64,000 bases of DNA from Ramazzottius varieornatus (taxonomy: Eukaryota > Animalia > Tardigrada): assembly GCA_001949185.1 (NCBI GenBank), contig BDGG01000011.1, forward strand, positions 1,740,902 through 1,804,901, read 5' to 3'. Of this stretch, positions 37,321 to 50,139 are shown piece after piece (the stretch's first letter is position 1; the number at the start of each line of letters is the position of its first letter). A program made the position numbers and the translations under genes. A model generated the notes under the pieces. That model made no database searches and was not told the origin of the DNA. It saw nothing but the letters and a program-made list of their open reading frames with translations.

Positions 37321-38319
37321 CTACCTGGATGTAATAAACCGGCCTCGCACGAAGATGTTAAGAAATTCCGTTCTAACATCTGGTAGCATAGCTAGGAAAA
37401 CAAAAGGCTCAAGAATGTAGATAAGAGCAGCGTAATCTTGGGATAGGTAGACGACGTCCCATTTGCAGTCACCAAAGCCGGTACGTGTCCGAATTGCAAC
37501 GGATACGGTGGGCAACACACTCACAACGACCACCGATAACTTCAGAAAGTACTGCAGAACCACCATTTTGCTAACGATCTTTTCCTGACGGAACGCACGA
37601 TACTTTGCAGGCGTCCTATTTCCTCCGGCTGAGTTCATGGCCGAAGTCTGAGAAGCTTGTCCGACCAGTCGACCTCTTCGATGTCTCCAGACGAGCATCA
37701 GCAATATAGGAAAGCCCAGGTAGGCCAATGTCTCTGGCACAATGCATGTAACCGTTGACACAATCATACTGTAGGTATAGTAGGGATTCTGAGCAGGTAC
37801 TCGTGAGTCGCAGCCGCCTTGCCTCGCGATGTGGGCTTTAATACCAAGTGGTAAATACCACGCGTGGAAGTAGACAACCGCGATACTAGCGCCAGTGAAG
37901 GCGAACCATCTGGGCTTTCTCATTCGGTACCACAGTGGACAATAGAAGGCTAACCAACGATCGAGGCATATGATGCAGTCTTCCAGCGAGTTTAGCGACC
38001 CCATGCAAAAGCCGATGTAGACCATGAGGGAGTAAGCTAGAGGATGGGAGTGGTACAATTTCGGAACTAGGGGTCTTGTTACCGTCAATGCCACGTAGAC
38101 GCTGAAGATGACTGTGTTATAAAAGACCAGAATGACAATGTGCTGAAGAAATGGCGTCATTAAAGTTCGACGACGAATAAAAAATGTGGCAAGAATACCG
38201 ATGTTTACAATTTGACAGATCAAGTTACAGAAACATAGGATGGAGGTCAAGCAGATGTAGAAGTTGCGAGGTAGACAGACAAACTCCTCCACGATATGAA
38301 TACAGGTTGAGTTATTCAT
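37321..38319 (-). CDS. Intronless class A (rhodopsin-like) GPCR, orphan, 332 aa from the ATG at 38319
   Basis: Seven hydrophobic segments, an N-terminal NST sequon, CLDRWLAFYCPLWYR (DRY-like), EKIVSKMVV before TM6, and EPFVFLAMLPDVR at TM7/helix 8. Confidence 0.88.
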   Translation of the reverse strand: MNNSTCIHIVEEFVCLPRNFYICLTSILCFCNLICQIVNIGILATFFIRRRTLMTPFLQHIVILVFYNTVIFSVYVALTVTRPLVPKLYHSHPLAYSLMVYIGFCMGSLNSLEDCIICLDRWLAFYCPLWYRMRKPRWFAFTGASIAVVYFHAWYLPLGIKAHIARQGGCDSRVPAQNPYYTYSMIVSTVTCIVPETLAYLGFPILLMLVWRHRRGRLVGQASQTSAMNSAGGNRTPAKYRAFRQEKIVSKMVVLQYFLKLSVVVVSVLPTVSVAIRTRTGFGDCKWDVVYLSQDYAALIYILEPFVFLAMLPDVRTEFLNIFVRGRFITSR

Positions 38320-39410
38320 ACCGCCGATGCAGTAGAGGTACAGACGGCGATTTGCCCAGCGTTTGGTCGGAGGACCACTGAGGCACTTCAATTTCAACCT
38401 TGACTTTCGTTGCAAGAGACCACTTCCTGACGGCGCGACAATGTACCGGTGCCTGGCTTCCGAGATTGAACTTACATCTTCACCGACTGAGCAGTGGGGA
38501 GAGGCGCTTCACAAAACGCGACTTGGATCCGCCTGACTGAACTATGTACTCCGTTGCTCAGTTAAAATACACGCTATTGAGTTTTAATTAGTAATCGGTT
38601 TGTATAGCGGTAGGGCATTCACAGTTTGTAAACTGGCCAGCGGTGGACGGGTGATCTATTCCGCCTATATATCGAAAATTACGGGACTGCCACCGACGGC
38701 CTGTCGAGAACCGGTACAACAGGCAATTTTGGCATCAGTGCGCGAATTCTACCTCTACGAGACAGGAGGCGTGGCGTTCGAATGACATTCGGAACGGTGT
38801 TTTCGATATGCAAAATATTGATCGACTGATTGCCGTTCCAGAGTTGGGCTGCGCTTGAGGTTGTCAAACCGTTCTGTGTTTTGGACAATTCACTGAATAA
38901 ATCATCCGTCCACCGCTGCATATGACACAGGGAACTCTTCCCGGAAGCTGCGACAACGCTTTGTCAACAGGTTATACTTATGTTCGCGCTACGGTGCTTT
39001 CTAATTGCCTTGTGCGTGTCTTGCTATGCAAGGCACACACGCCATGGCTTTGCCTGTTGAGCCACGAGTCTGGATAAGCCTGGGTTCAAAATCAGGGTCT
39101 TTCAGGTGCTTGTTGACTTGTTCCCTGGTCAGGAAAGCAGCTCGTTTAGAAAGCACGCAAAGGTTCCTGAGGTTCTGTACTTCGTCAACTACTCGTTCGA
39201 GTCTTCTGATTCCCTCGCTCAATGCACCGAAGCTCCTGACGCTACCAAGTATTGAGGCCACAGTAAGTCGATTACTTCAGCCAGTTCCCACTCGGTACCA
39301 ATTGATTTTCGGACTAATTGGTTAATCCTGGCGGGACCTAGCGTAAACAAAAATTCCCACTCGAATTTGAACCTCCAGTACATGGTCGACTTGGTCGCAC
39401 GCCCTTGAAT

Positions 39411-39870
39411 CAGGGATGAGCAGTTTTGGAACGGCGTAGCGTTTTTGGACCAGTTTTCCGCTTCGCTACGCTATATTGCGAAACTATAGCGGAACTGGGC
39501 ACACTCAAAACTATCCGGAGCGAAGCGATAGCGAGCTGTAGCGGAAATAGCGGATTTTTCGCCAGAACTAGTGAAAAACTGGGTCCGCCATCGATATTTA
39601 TCACGTAAAGATCCGAGTTTAGCAAACTATTTTAACGTATTTGATGTTGTTCTGAGCTCGAAATCAATGAATTGTCATTTTGTAAGTCAGTTCTGGGCGA
39701 TAAAAAACGGCAGAAAATCGACGCATTTTCTGCACGGGGAAATTATCCACAGCGGTAGCAAAGCGGATAGCGTACCCTTGGATCTCATAGCGGGACATAG
39801 CGGAGCGTCGCAGCGTCATCAAAGCGGTAGCGAAGCGGACAGCACCAGATCCCATAATTGCTCATCCCTG
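39411..39870. mobile_element. Non-autonomous hAT element (460 bp)
   Basis: TIR CAGGGATGAGCA/TGCTCATCCCTG, perfect 8-bp TSD CCTTGAAT, and many subterminal (T)AGCGG repeats. Confidence 0.92.
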
Positions 39871-40544
39871 CCTTGAATTGGAAAGACAGGCAAGATGACT
39901 TGGTGTGCTCTGTCATGAACGTATGGCTGTCCGAAAGCGAAATCATCAAATCCGGTCTTATTTCTCGCTCTTTGTGACTGCAGTGCGATGCGAATAATAT
40001 CGAAGACGGACCGCAACAAGAAGAACCGGAAAGAAGCTATCGTGGCCCGGCTAGCGGAGCTACATGGAATTAGACCACTGTTTGTACGCAATGTTAGCCG
40101 GGCCTTCAGCGGTAGTGCCAGTCGTCCGAATACATAAGTTCGTACGACTGGCTGTGCGCAAATTTCTGGTTGTACTGTAAGTAAATACATCGTGACTGTC
40201 GCGACAGGCCGCAGCCAGACGAAGCGGCAAGAAATTATCACAATCGAAACCTACGCGGAAGTGAACCATCTCTGCTGGTATTCCGGTCGAGGTCTCATGG
40301 TAGCGTCAGTCAGAGGGTGGCCCCTACAGTTTGAATTAGTGTTAGCAGTCGAAAATTCAAACTATGGCATCGCCTTTCGGAAACGAACCGATAATCGGGT
40401 CAGGTTGAACTTGAATACGGCCCGAATAGGAAATTACAGAATGAAATACAGTACTCAGTACGGATTTTGTTTATATAGTACGATCTAACTCGACCTAACG
40501 GCCCGGAACCGCCAGACATTTAAATTCTGACTGCTAAAATTACT

Positions 40545-40785
40545 TAGCAAGGAGCATACCCCTGGAAGGCCGAGCTCAGTGCATGCAGATACATTCAGGG
40601 AGTTGGGTATAAAGGGCGATCAGTGTGTGTGTACGTGCCTGATATGACCCATTCATACACGCATGCACTATGGCAACGCGTTTGGTGTCGAGTCCGCCCC
40701 AAAAACTGCCATCACGTGGGTGGCCAAACTTAGCATTGCACCACTTTCACTTAAGAACGCCTCGCTTCGCTCGGCTTGATTAAAA
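40545..40785 (-). mobile_element. Possible Helentron-associated (HINE/DINE-like) short element
   Basis: On -: TTTTAATCAAGCCGAGCGAAGCGAGGCG at the start, an internal (CA)n tract, a distal GCTCGGCC sub-TIR, then a short imperfect hairpin. Confidence 0.4.
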
Positions 40786-41083
40786 TTGTATGGGCCACCA
40801 CTGGCGTTAGTCGGCCGGTGCTGTCGTCCAAATTGATCAAGCTTTTGTCACGGATTATAAAATTCGCTATAGAAAACACCGTTTAAGCTTATAATTTACG
40901 ACTGGAGAACAAAGCCGAAAATATAACTGCAACATGATTTACCTCCTACGCAAAGACTGACATGAATGAGCTTGCGGTGTTTCGCCCTTTGAGTCTAGTG
41001 TTGACTAACTGAGTAACTTCCTGCGTTTCCATCCGTCAGCTCGGCGAACTAGTAGAACACCGCTCGCTTGAGAACCGCTGAGT

Positions 41084-42046
41084 TTACTTCTTTGCTCGTC
41101 GTCGCAGAAGTCTTTTACTTGGAGTGTTGTCCAAAAAACCGTACAGATTTGCCTGTATCGAATATCCGTCTTTCTCTTGGCTGTCGGTTCTCAGAAGAAA
41201 TGCCGCGTATTGGATGGCTTGAACGTGCGTAGGTTTAGAGTCGTCGTAATGCAGGTCGATTTTGAGCAGAACCAGACCAGCTATAGGATTCTCCTCCAAA
41301 AAATCCTTACACCTGTTTTCCATACTTCGCCACGAACCACTGTAGTTGGACTCCCCATGGGCGAATCCATTCCAGTCGGGGTCAGATCGTCCACCTAGGC
41401 TTCGAGCGATCACGTGTCCAGCTTCGTATTTGTTAAAGTGGCGTCCTCTACGACGAATACGGCCTTTATCTGGGTCGCTGAAGCCTCCATCATTAAACTT
41501 GAGATGTTTGTGCTTGCAAAGACCATAAACTTGCAGAAGTCGCCCGTTACTGGAAGAAGACAATGTGACAGCAATTCAACGGACGGAGGGGCATTAGAGC
41601 ACACAAGGGCGACTTTACTTACAAGTACTTCTGCACTTCCCTTGGTTTGATCGGTTCTCCTGTATCTATGTGCGCATTCAGATCGATACATCTTGCCCTT
41701 ACAGAGTCGTCATGATCGTGGCTCGTCTTTTCAAAAGGATCGATGCGTGCGTGCTGTATGAAAAGTTTCTTAATTTCTTTCCGAAGTTGTCGATTTTCTT
41801 CGACACTTAATTCGCTCCCCGGTGTTTCTATATTAGGATAAATGATCTCATCTGCATCATCTGCATCGGCGCTTCCTCCGCGCAGGCTTTCTCGCGGCAA
41901 ACTGGAATCTGCAAGTTAAAATCGAAAAATTTTCCGAGATAGTAGAGGTCCGTAACACCGTAACAGGACAACAAGCTAGTCTGGTTAAAGTCTGCTTCAT
42001 CGGCTGGTGGGGGCTCTTTTGGTCTCAAAGCCACTTCCCCGTACAT
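41084..42046 (-). CDS. DNA/RNA non-specific endonuclease (His-Me finger, Endonuclea_NS_2-like), spliced; 5' end uncertain
   Basis: Catalytic signature YEAGHVIARSLGG..WNGFAHGESNYSGSWRSMENRCKDFL. A 73-nt intron (41550-41622, GTAAGT..TTCCAG) joins ORFs 41619-41900 and 41084-41563 in frame (VQKYF-NGRLLQVYG). A second acceptor lies at about 41909. Confidence 0.8.
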
Positions 42047-42355
42047 CTTTGGTGGAGTATTTAACGGCCATAAGTCTTAGATCAGTTTCCGAAGGAATTT
42101 GGCCGTTTTTGAAAGTTGAGATCAGCTCTCGATTGCCCCGCTACCGGGGAAGATCTGCTGATAGGATCTCTAATCCTCATTATATCAGCACGTTTCCTGG
42201 CTCGACGAGCGCAAACTAAGAGTCACTACAGCAGGCTAGGGTAGCTGACCCATAACCTACCTCATGAGCACCAGCTCATTCGATTGTTAGAAGTTTATAA
42301 CGAAGTAAAAGTGAAAAGAAAGTTAGCCGCCACCATGAATTGCAAACTACAGTTA

Positions 42356-43324
42356 CGAGGTAGAGGGCATGAGTTTTGCGTGTTTATTTTTGGGTCATGA
42401 GTTCTGTAATTCATAAAAAAAGTAACCAGTGGCAGATCAAACGTTGTTTCTGGATAGAATGGTACTATCATTCATGGTCTCCCTCGCTATTACGGTATCA
42501 AGCGTTTGGGAGCAGGTAGCTCAGATATACGATACTCGACCGGAAGGAGGGTTGCTCCCATGTTAAACAGCCTACGAATTCAAACGTATCAAGGCCGCCA
42601 GAGGCGCTCCAGTAGCACTTTCCGATGAAGCAATGACGTCTACGTCAGCCGCGGATACACGTCACGAAGCTGGGTTTTGAGTGTGAACGAAGCCATAAGT
42701 TGTATAGCGCTGGTATGCGGCTTACATGACGTACTTCCGGTGCATAGTCAGTAGACAACTGCCAGATAATACCGCGAGGCCAAATTTCATAAAGGATCAT
42801 CTTCTGAATTCTTACTCCAGGCCCTTAGACATGGCTTCCTTCAAACTCCTCACCGCAAAGAAGACTACCGCAAAGCTACCGCAAAGAAGACTGCGAAACG
42901 AAAGGCTCCGGAGCCGGGAGATATCTCAGTAGATCCAACAAAGAAACCACGGAAGGCAGCGGTGAGGAAGACTGCAGCAAACAGTGCTCCACAGAAAGGG
43001 CCATCACCGTCGAAGAAAGCTGCTGCACAGAAACTTTGAGACGCCACCGTAATCCTTCCTAATATCTGTTCCAACTTCCAATGTCCGATCAGCACAGTCG
43101 TGCAGCGAGATAAAATTAACCATCAGTTTTGTTGGATATTAGCTGAATGTGTGAAATCGCGGTACCGATGGCGTACCGCACTAAGGATATTGCTGTACGA
43201 ACCCTGAAGTCATACGGCTTATAGCAGCTGACTGCCAGACGTACGTGTGCTGCCATCGTAAACCGCAACTACGCAAAACTCATAGGCCAAATTAAAATAC
43301 GCAAAACTTATGACTTCTACCTCG
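42356..43324. mobile_element. 969-bp mariner-type non-autonomous element
   Basis: TA|CGAGGTAGAGGGCATGAGTTTTGCGT ... ACGCAAAACTTATGACTTCTACCTCG|TA, with an inner repeated ATGAGTT/AACTCAT motif. Confidence 0.82.
42821..43039 (+). other. Lys/Ala-rich histone H1-tail-like exon fragment inside the element
   Basis: Open for 72 codons after a CTCCAG acceptor: ...KATAKKTAKRKAPEPGDISVDPTKKPRKAAVRKTAANSAPQKGPSPSKKAAAQKL*. An adjacent frame reads MASFKLLTAKKTTAK. Confidence 0.55.
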
Positions 43325-44972
43325 TAGCGATAGAGGCATAACTATTAGGCAATCCACACACCGATTGCACACACCACGGTTGCAGGAGGTGGAGTCTGCC
43401 CAAGCGTTTTTGCACATTAACGCTCATGCGCACTACTCAGCGAATTTCACTCGACTCTACTCGAGCAAATCGACGGTCTAGTCTCACGAATGGGAAGTAG
43501 GTCGGTAGCAGTCTACTCGTTCGAGATCCGTTACCTAATTTCACGGCTTCAATTCTGGGCCAGCTATGCATAAACCATAACGCATGCCAAGCCAACATTC
43601 AAAATTACATAAAACCATGCTTCGACCGACATAATCAAGTAATCAAGTCGCATGCGTCCAGCAGAGTTGCGGCATGGCGAGCAGGCTCGTTGATTTTCCT
43701 GATCTTTCAGTATGAAACCGTCAAACTAGCTACCAGATTTCGAGCGAGTGCACTGTGTTGGTAAATTTCGTCTGTCTTGCGTCACCCTTCTTGCGTGTCC
43801 TGACGTCAGACGGGCGCAATTTAATTATGACCGATTCATTCGCATCAGGTCGACCGAGGTATTACTTTGACTTCCGATGAAAGCTTGAGTTACTTCTCAG
43901 TCACGACTTGTACTCTAGCCAGATCGCTTGCCTTTGCGTGAAGTAATAATAGCCGCCTATGTCAGCAGTCACGTGGTAAATTCCCCAATTTTCATGCGCG
44001 TATTTCGCGACAACGCTCTTTTGAATGTCGGAAAGCCCAACTCCACATAATATGCGACACAGACACGCAAAACGGAGACACAGCCCCTGTACCCCCTGCC
44101 GCATCGCACTCCGGCGGCTTCGCCGCCTCCGTGCTCTGGATCCGCTAGCCTCGCGACTCGTTCACAAACTCATACGGCGAAGTGGCCAGGAGACCAAAAG
44201 TACCCCCCACCAGTAGATGAAACAGAGCATAGTTCGTCTTAGAAACTCGTACTGGGCGACCGACATCATTCAATTTTGAAGGGGCATTCCGGAACGGTCA
44301 ACTTACCTTCGGTTTTCTCCCCCGATAGTTCTTTCAATATCAAAGTTGAATGTTGGCCGTATAGTCGCTCGAGTGCGGGGAATGACTTTCCAGGGCATCC
44401 AGACTCAAACTTCAGAGTCTCCTCCATGATTTTGTTTTCTCACGAAACTATACCGACTACGTGGTACACCAGAAACGAGAAAGTTTATGCAGGACTGGAG
44501 GGAAAGTGAAGTCATCTAGCTACTACAGCTCACAGCAAACGCGATGTCTGATAAACCGATACGAAACTCCGATAGCTATCTTCTTCGCAAGAATACGTGC
44601 TAATGAAAAGTTGTCTAGCTGGCTCTACAACGAGCGGCACATGAGCCTGAGGGGTAAAATGCACTGGTTAATCGCGCTATCGAGAAATAAAGCTCAGAGA
44701 ACCCAGACTATGTATATGTCATGTGGTCAACGATAACATACATCACCATAGTTTACTAACGTTGCTTACGTTTACGCGCTGCTGATCCGTGTCTATATTT
44801 TCTTCGAGTTCTGTACGACCAACATCATTCGTCTGCCTGTAACGCTGTTGTAAGTTAACAGCACTACGATGCCAAATTGACTGAATATACTTCTAACACA
44901 GTTTGTACGTTGCGGCTGAAAACCACATCTGCGTTGATCACTCTGCTCTCAAGGAAAAAGTGAGTGCGTGTT

Positions 44973-46070
44973 AAGTCTGGGGCAGCCAAGTTGTTCCCAT
45001 TTTTTCGAGAAGTTGTTTTATCCCTCGGAACTTCTCGAACCAAGACAGCCGTATTTGGCACCGAGCAAGCCTATTTCTAAACTTGGAGATTGCGTTTCAG
45101 ATTGGGTCTCAATCGGGAATAAAACGAGACCTTCGTAGGCTAAAAAGGTGGTCCGACCCTGAATGGGCGTCCAGCTTCCCTTTAATAAAAAATTAGTTAA
45201 GCGTTTCTTCTCTAAGTTTTATGTGCATACCGGGGCATCATGATCATCAGACTGTAGAAACATTCGTCTATCATAAAGTATATCCTTCGGAGCGCTCAGA
45301 AATCATGATGAAATCATGAAATCGTGACCTGTCATCGAGAAAAGCCCACTGGCCTGAAAATTTCCGCGAAGATTGTTCAGACGACGTTTTCTCGAGCCAT
45401 AACAAGTCTCACAAAGTGATGCCAATGTCAGAAAATAGCTAACAATCTGGTTTCTCGGTTTGCAGCAAGAATTGCTCGAAGCTCGGTGGACTAAAATACA
45501 TATTCTATATCAAATTAGACTCAGTCTGCCCAGCGACGACTGCTTCAAAGCATTCTGACACCTTTACAACAACAAACAAACCATCAGAACAGCTCCATCC
45601 TGGGCAGTCACATACTACGATTACTGCTCTATCATTGAATAAAATCTCCCCCCTTTTCGTTGACAACAAGGCTCGTGGTACCGCTTTCTCGAAAGGGGAA
45701 GATTTACCAGCAAAACCGAAAACCAGCAGTTTTAAAGCGAAGTCTTCGCGCGACGTCAATTCAATATTTTTTCTTTCAAGATGACTGAAAAGAACAGCTC
45801 TTCTAACACCTTTATCAATGGCACACAGGTTGGTAGGACTCCGGTTTTAGTTTGCAGACCTCGGTTTATAGCAAGTGTATTGGACCCCTTTGTGGATGAT
45901 GGTTAAACTTTTTTCGCAAAGTCAGCCTACACTGGATCGTCTTCCAAAGTGCTCTGAGACATCAGTCATTGTTTGCTGTATTTGGTGGGAAATATCACTT
46001 GGATTAAAGGGCCGGAGAATTTTTGAAGAAAAGAAGACCACCATGGGGACAACTTGGCTACCTCCTACTG
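44973..46070 (+). mobile_element. Old Tc1-like relic
   Basis: 27-bp inverted termini match at 21 of 27 positions (CAGTAGGAGGTAGCCAAGTTGTCCCCA), with TA at the right end. The interior is degraded. Confidence 0.5.
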
Positions 46071-47319
46071 TATAGCAGTGTGATAACATGCTGAGCCAAA
46101 GAGCAGTGAATGGGAACCGTGACAGCTTCGGTTGCAACACCACCTATAGTTTCGCCATGCGAGTTACTTACTGTAACGAAAATTCACTGCGTTCGCGCAG
46201 TACGTCATCGTGCACGTTAGGTACAATCCCGGTCCGGCTTTACTGCCTATTCAACCCCCTACGGTGGTGCATCGTCACGTACGGATACGTACTGCGCGGA
46301 TATTAGCTAACTAGGTTTGGTTAGGTCAAGATATATGGAGCTATGCCTGGTACCGACACTCCTACTATGAGGCTCTGTCCGCCTCTTTAAGTCAGTTGCC
46401 CGATGTGGCATGTGTTATGATCATAAAGCGATTGGCAAAGTTTGGCGGTTGCGGGAAATAGAGGGCATTGATTGGACTAAGTTTCGAGTAAAGGGACGGA
46501 AGCAAGAGACGACAGAACACACGGTATGATGCAGGCTAACTGATAAGCCTGGTATGAACAGCCCCACACAGACCGAACATGCAGTGCTGGTGCTCTTTGT
46601 CAGGGTTTGGAGATACGTCTCCGAACCTTGACAGTAAATTCGGTGACTGTCGGAAAATTTTGTAGAACGGTTCAAAATGTTTCTAGAGGACCCGCCTATT
46701 TTTCCCCGCCTGCCGGAGTTACGCTGGCCAGTGGTCACCATCTGCGTTTCGGTCATAAGACCACAGATCAGGCAAAGAAAAACAGTTGATCCAGACGGGA
46801 CAAAGTGGGAATTGTGAGGAGAGGAAAAGTGTCGTGTTGTGATCACAATGAGCACGGTGGTAATCAGAGTGTTAAGGCGTTCGGATGGCCAGACGGATAT
46901 TGCCACAAAATTCGGATGACCCGTAAAAGTATCAATCAAACATGACTTGACGTCAACTGGACTGACGCTGTTGGCTCTGCCGCTCTGGGTCCGTCTGATC
47001 AACAGTATCGCAATTTTTTTCCACGCTATATAATCTTTGGTAATGGCGCATACTGCCACCTTCAAACTTAACACTACCAAACGACTCCGCGCACACGCGC
47101 TTTGCCTATGTCTCGGCATGGACAAAAGTCTCGGCAAGTGATTTTCGGGCCAGCGGCTCCACAATCTCTGTTCATTCAGATTTGAAGCAGAACTGCTTCT
47201 GCGTACATTACCGCCCTAAAGCATACACAAAAAACCGAGAGTTTAATCTGGAATCTTGGACTTTCTCGATTACTCTTCCGGCTACCCCTGCTCGTAGCGC
47301 GGTCCTGCAAAACAAGTGA

Positions 47320-47392
47320 AATTTTACGAACCGCCTCGACTGCGGCTTTCAGGTTATCCTCCGCATACTTCCGGCGTTTTCCTGTTTTTTCC
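47320..47392 (-). mobile_element. pogo HTH_psq remnant
   Basis: KTGKRRKYAEDNLKAAVEAVR parallels RRRKYTEECLQDAVRAVA at 19098. Confidence 0.55.
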
Positions 47393-48349
47393 GACTCTTA
47401 CACGATTAGTCATGCCAAGGGGTAACTTTCCAGGAAGGTGACTCGTGAGGGAACAAATTCCACGAAACATGAGCAGCTTGAAAATTAATGCAAACTGACA
47501 AAATCAATTTCCGATTTTAACGTGAAGTCACATGGTTTGAAATTTTTCTCTACGTCCGCCTTTCAGCGCTTTGAGAATAATTTGGTGGTAAAAAACAAGG
47601 AGACTTTGTTGTTGAAGTTGGACATGAGCCGAATTTCGAAAGCCGTGTTACAACGTAGAAACGAAGTTGAAGTGGGATCCTAAAAGCGGCAATTCCATGC
47701 CGATAGATCTGATATGAAGCGCTCTGTTTCAAAGTATTCAACAGACCAGCATCTGAGACAGGAGGTTGCACCAGACGAACAAGGCAACGTTCGGTGTCTT
47801 CCTCCAATAGGAGAGCGCGGTTTCATCTGCGCGTTGCAGTTCGCGGTACTTTCCTATTATTAAGCCTCACCATACGTAAACGAGTTCTACGCGAATGGAA
47901 ACGTATGCCGGCCTTCCTGAACTCAACACTTGATACATTAGCAATCACTTCACCCAAACCGATTCCAACAACATCGCACGCTCTCCGCCAAAAGCAATGA
48001 AACCGTGCAACACTCAGCAAGGAAATCACCCGAATTCCTTTTCCAAGACGCGGAATCTCTCCCTAAACAACACTCTAACCGTGCGCCACTCGAACCCTAA
48101 CATGTGAAAAAACAAGGTCATTCATGTAAGCTCGAAAGTTAGGAAAGAGGGTTCAGGAATCGGATATCCGACGGACCGCTCTACTGGTGGCCAGCGAAAT
48201 GAGCTTTGAAGCGTTCAAAGCGTCCGGAGGTTGGCTTTATAACTACTGTAACCCTTCTAACATCTTTAGTACGTCACTCAAGTTAAATCTACATGTCGCG
48301 AAAAAAGAGAGTTTGCAGTGCTTCAAGCACGCCTACCACAGTGATCTCA

Positions 48350-50139
48350 CAGTTACGTCAGATCTGACAATAGACTGCTGAAATAAGCTAATTTCCAGTT
48401 TCCAAATTCCGAATGCGTTTTGAGAATCCCGGTTCACCACTGATCCTTGTTTCCTCATTCCAACACTTCAGTGTCGACCAACAGTGCTTCTACAGTATCC
48501 ATGATGGGGAAGGTGCGAAAGACGTCATATATCGAGATTAGGAAGAGAAAGAGGATTGTGCAGGAGAAACCGACGTTAGGTCAGAAGGCCTTGATTATCT
48601 TCAAGAGAGAAGTGCAACAGGTAATTTTTGTACAGTACATGAAATTATGCCGTATCCTACGCACTGGATACTGTTCCCGAATTGAGTGGTTCTTGCTGGT
48701 TTTTAGGCATCGTTCCAGCAGATTGCTGACGAGTGTGGTCTATCGGTATACGGTGTGATAGGGATTTGTCAGAAGAAAGAAGAGATCAGATTCGCGCTGG
48801 CGAATGGCGCAAACCCGAACCGGAAAACGACAAAAGTCAACTTGCAGTTTCCGCAGATTGACGAACAGTGTCTGAAATTCTTAAAAATGGCTCGCGAGAA
48901 ACGAATCCCAGTTCGCCCAGTTTTCCTCATGAACGTCGCTACGTTTGTTGCGTCGACTTTAGCAATTGCCGACTTTCGATGCAGCTGGGGATGGTACGAT
49001 AAGTTCTGTGGTCGCCACAACGTGAACCTCAAACAGCTTCATGGTAACTTTTAACTTACTCTAGTTATATTTCATGTGAGAGAACTGTGCGAAGGCTGGG
49101 GAATAACCGAGGAACACTTTGATTTTCACAGGAGAGGAATCTAGTAGATTTGATAGCCTTAGAGGAGTGGCTCACCGTTGACTTGCCAGCCCTTTTGGAA
49201 CTTATCCATCCGGAGAATATTTGGAACTGCGATGAGACCGGAATATGGTGGAGGAATGCCGGGACCAAGTCTCTTTTTTTTGGCAATAAACAGGACAAAG
49301 GAATCAAGATAGCGAAGGATCGAATTACGGCTCATATATCTGTTTCCGGCGGAGGGCGCAAGCTTCCTCTATGGATCATCAGTAAGTTTGGAACTAGAAA
49401 AATTTGAGGTTTGAAATTACAAAGAGCAGAAGACAAATTCAAATTCTTGTCGGTTATGGATACATCTGCTCAGCCTCGATCTTTCGAACGGAATGCAGTA
49501 TTCAACATCAACTCCGACGACTACGGTTTCAACTATTCGTACAACAAGACTGCCTGGATGACTACGGTCATCTTTGAAGAATACTTGGACTGGTTTAACG
49601 CTTTAATGGTCAAGGAAGAACGTCACATTCTGCTCCTAGTGGACAATTTTTCTGGACACAACGTCGCTTCTCGTCCCAACATAGAGCTACGGTTTTTGCC
49701 GCCTAACTGTACCGCAAAAGCGCAGCCATGCGATGCGGGCATTATAAAATGTCTGAAAGACGAGTACAAAAAGTTTCTTTATAAACGAGTGTTCACAAAT
49801 ATGCAGTATGTAAGCAACGTTGAAAGTTTTGTGAAAGGCCTGACGATTTTCGATGCAGTGGATTGGCTGGTAGAAGCGTGGAAACTCGTGAAGCCGTCGA
49901 ATATTGTTAACTGCTTTCATAAGTGCAAGATTGTAGATGAGCTGTGGATGGATGTGCCAGTTGAAGAACCGTCGGAAACTGAGCTGATACGGATTTCTCA
50001 ATTTGCAGAAAATGTGGTTGGCTTCGACGATGATGTAAGCTGAACACTTTTTTACTTCCCGTCATTTCTCTCTACTCGGCTGATACTTCCATGTTTCCAA
50101 CGTTTTTTATCTGTTGCTGAGGTTGCTCTGACGTAACTG
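48350..50139 (+). mobile_element. Tigger-like (pogo) element, about 1.8 kb, intron-containing transposase with a frameshift
   Basis: 13-bp TIR CAGTTACGTCAGA/TCTGACGTAACTG (CA on the left flank, TA on the right). CENP-B HTH FRCSWGWYDKFCGRH and catalytic NCDETG, LVDNFSGH, QPCDAGII. Frameshift at about 49143. Confidence 0.92.

Noticed and set aside
38679-39261. Two short - strand ORFs upstream of the GPCR
   Set aside because: They look coding-like, but no family or consistent splice model could be supported.
46421-47164. 247-aa ORF on - as a real gene
   Set aside because: It has a non-ATG start and no recognisable domain, and lies just downstream of a pogo HTH remnant, so it is probably decayed transposon sequence.
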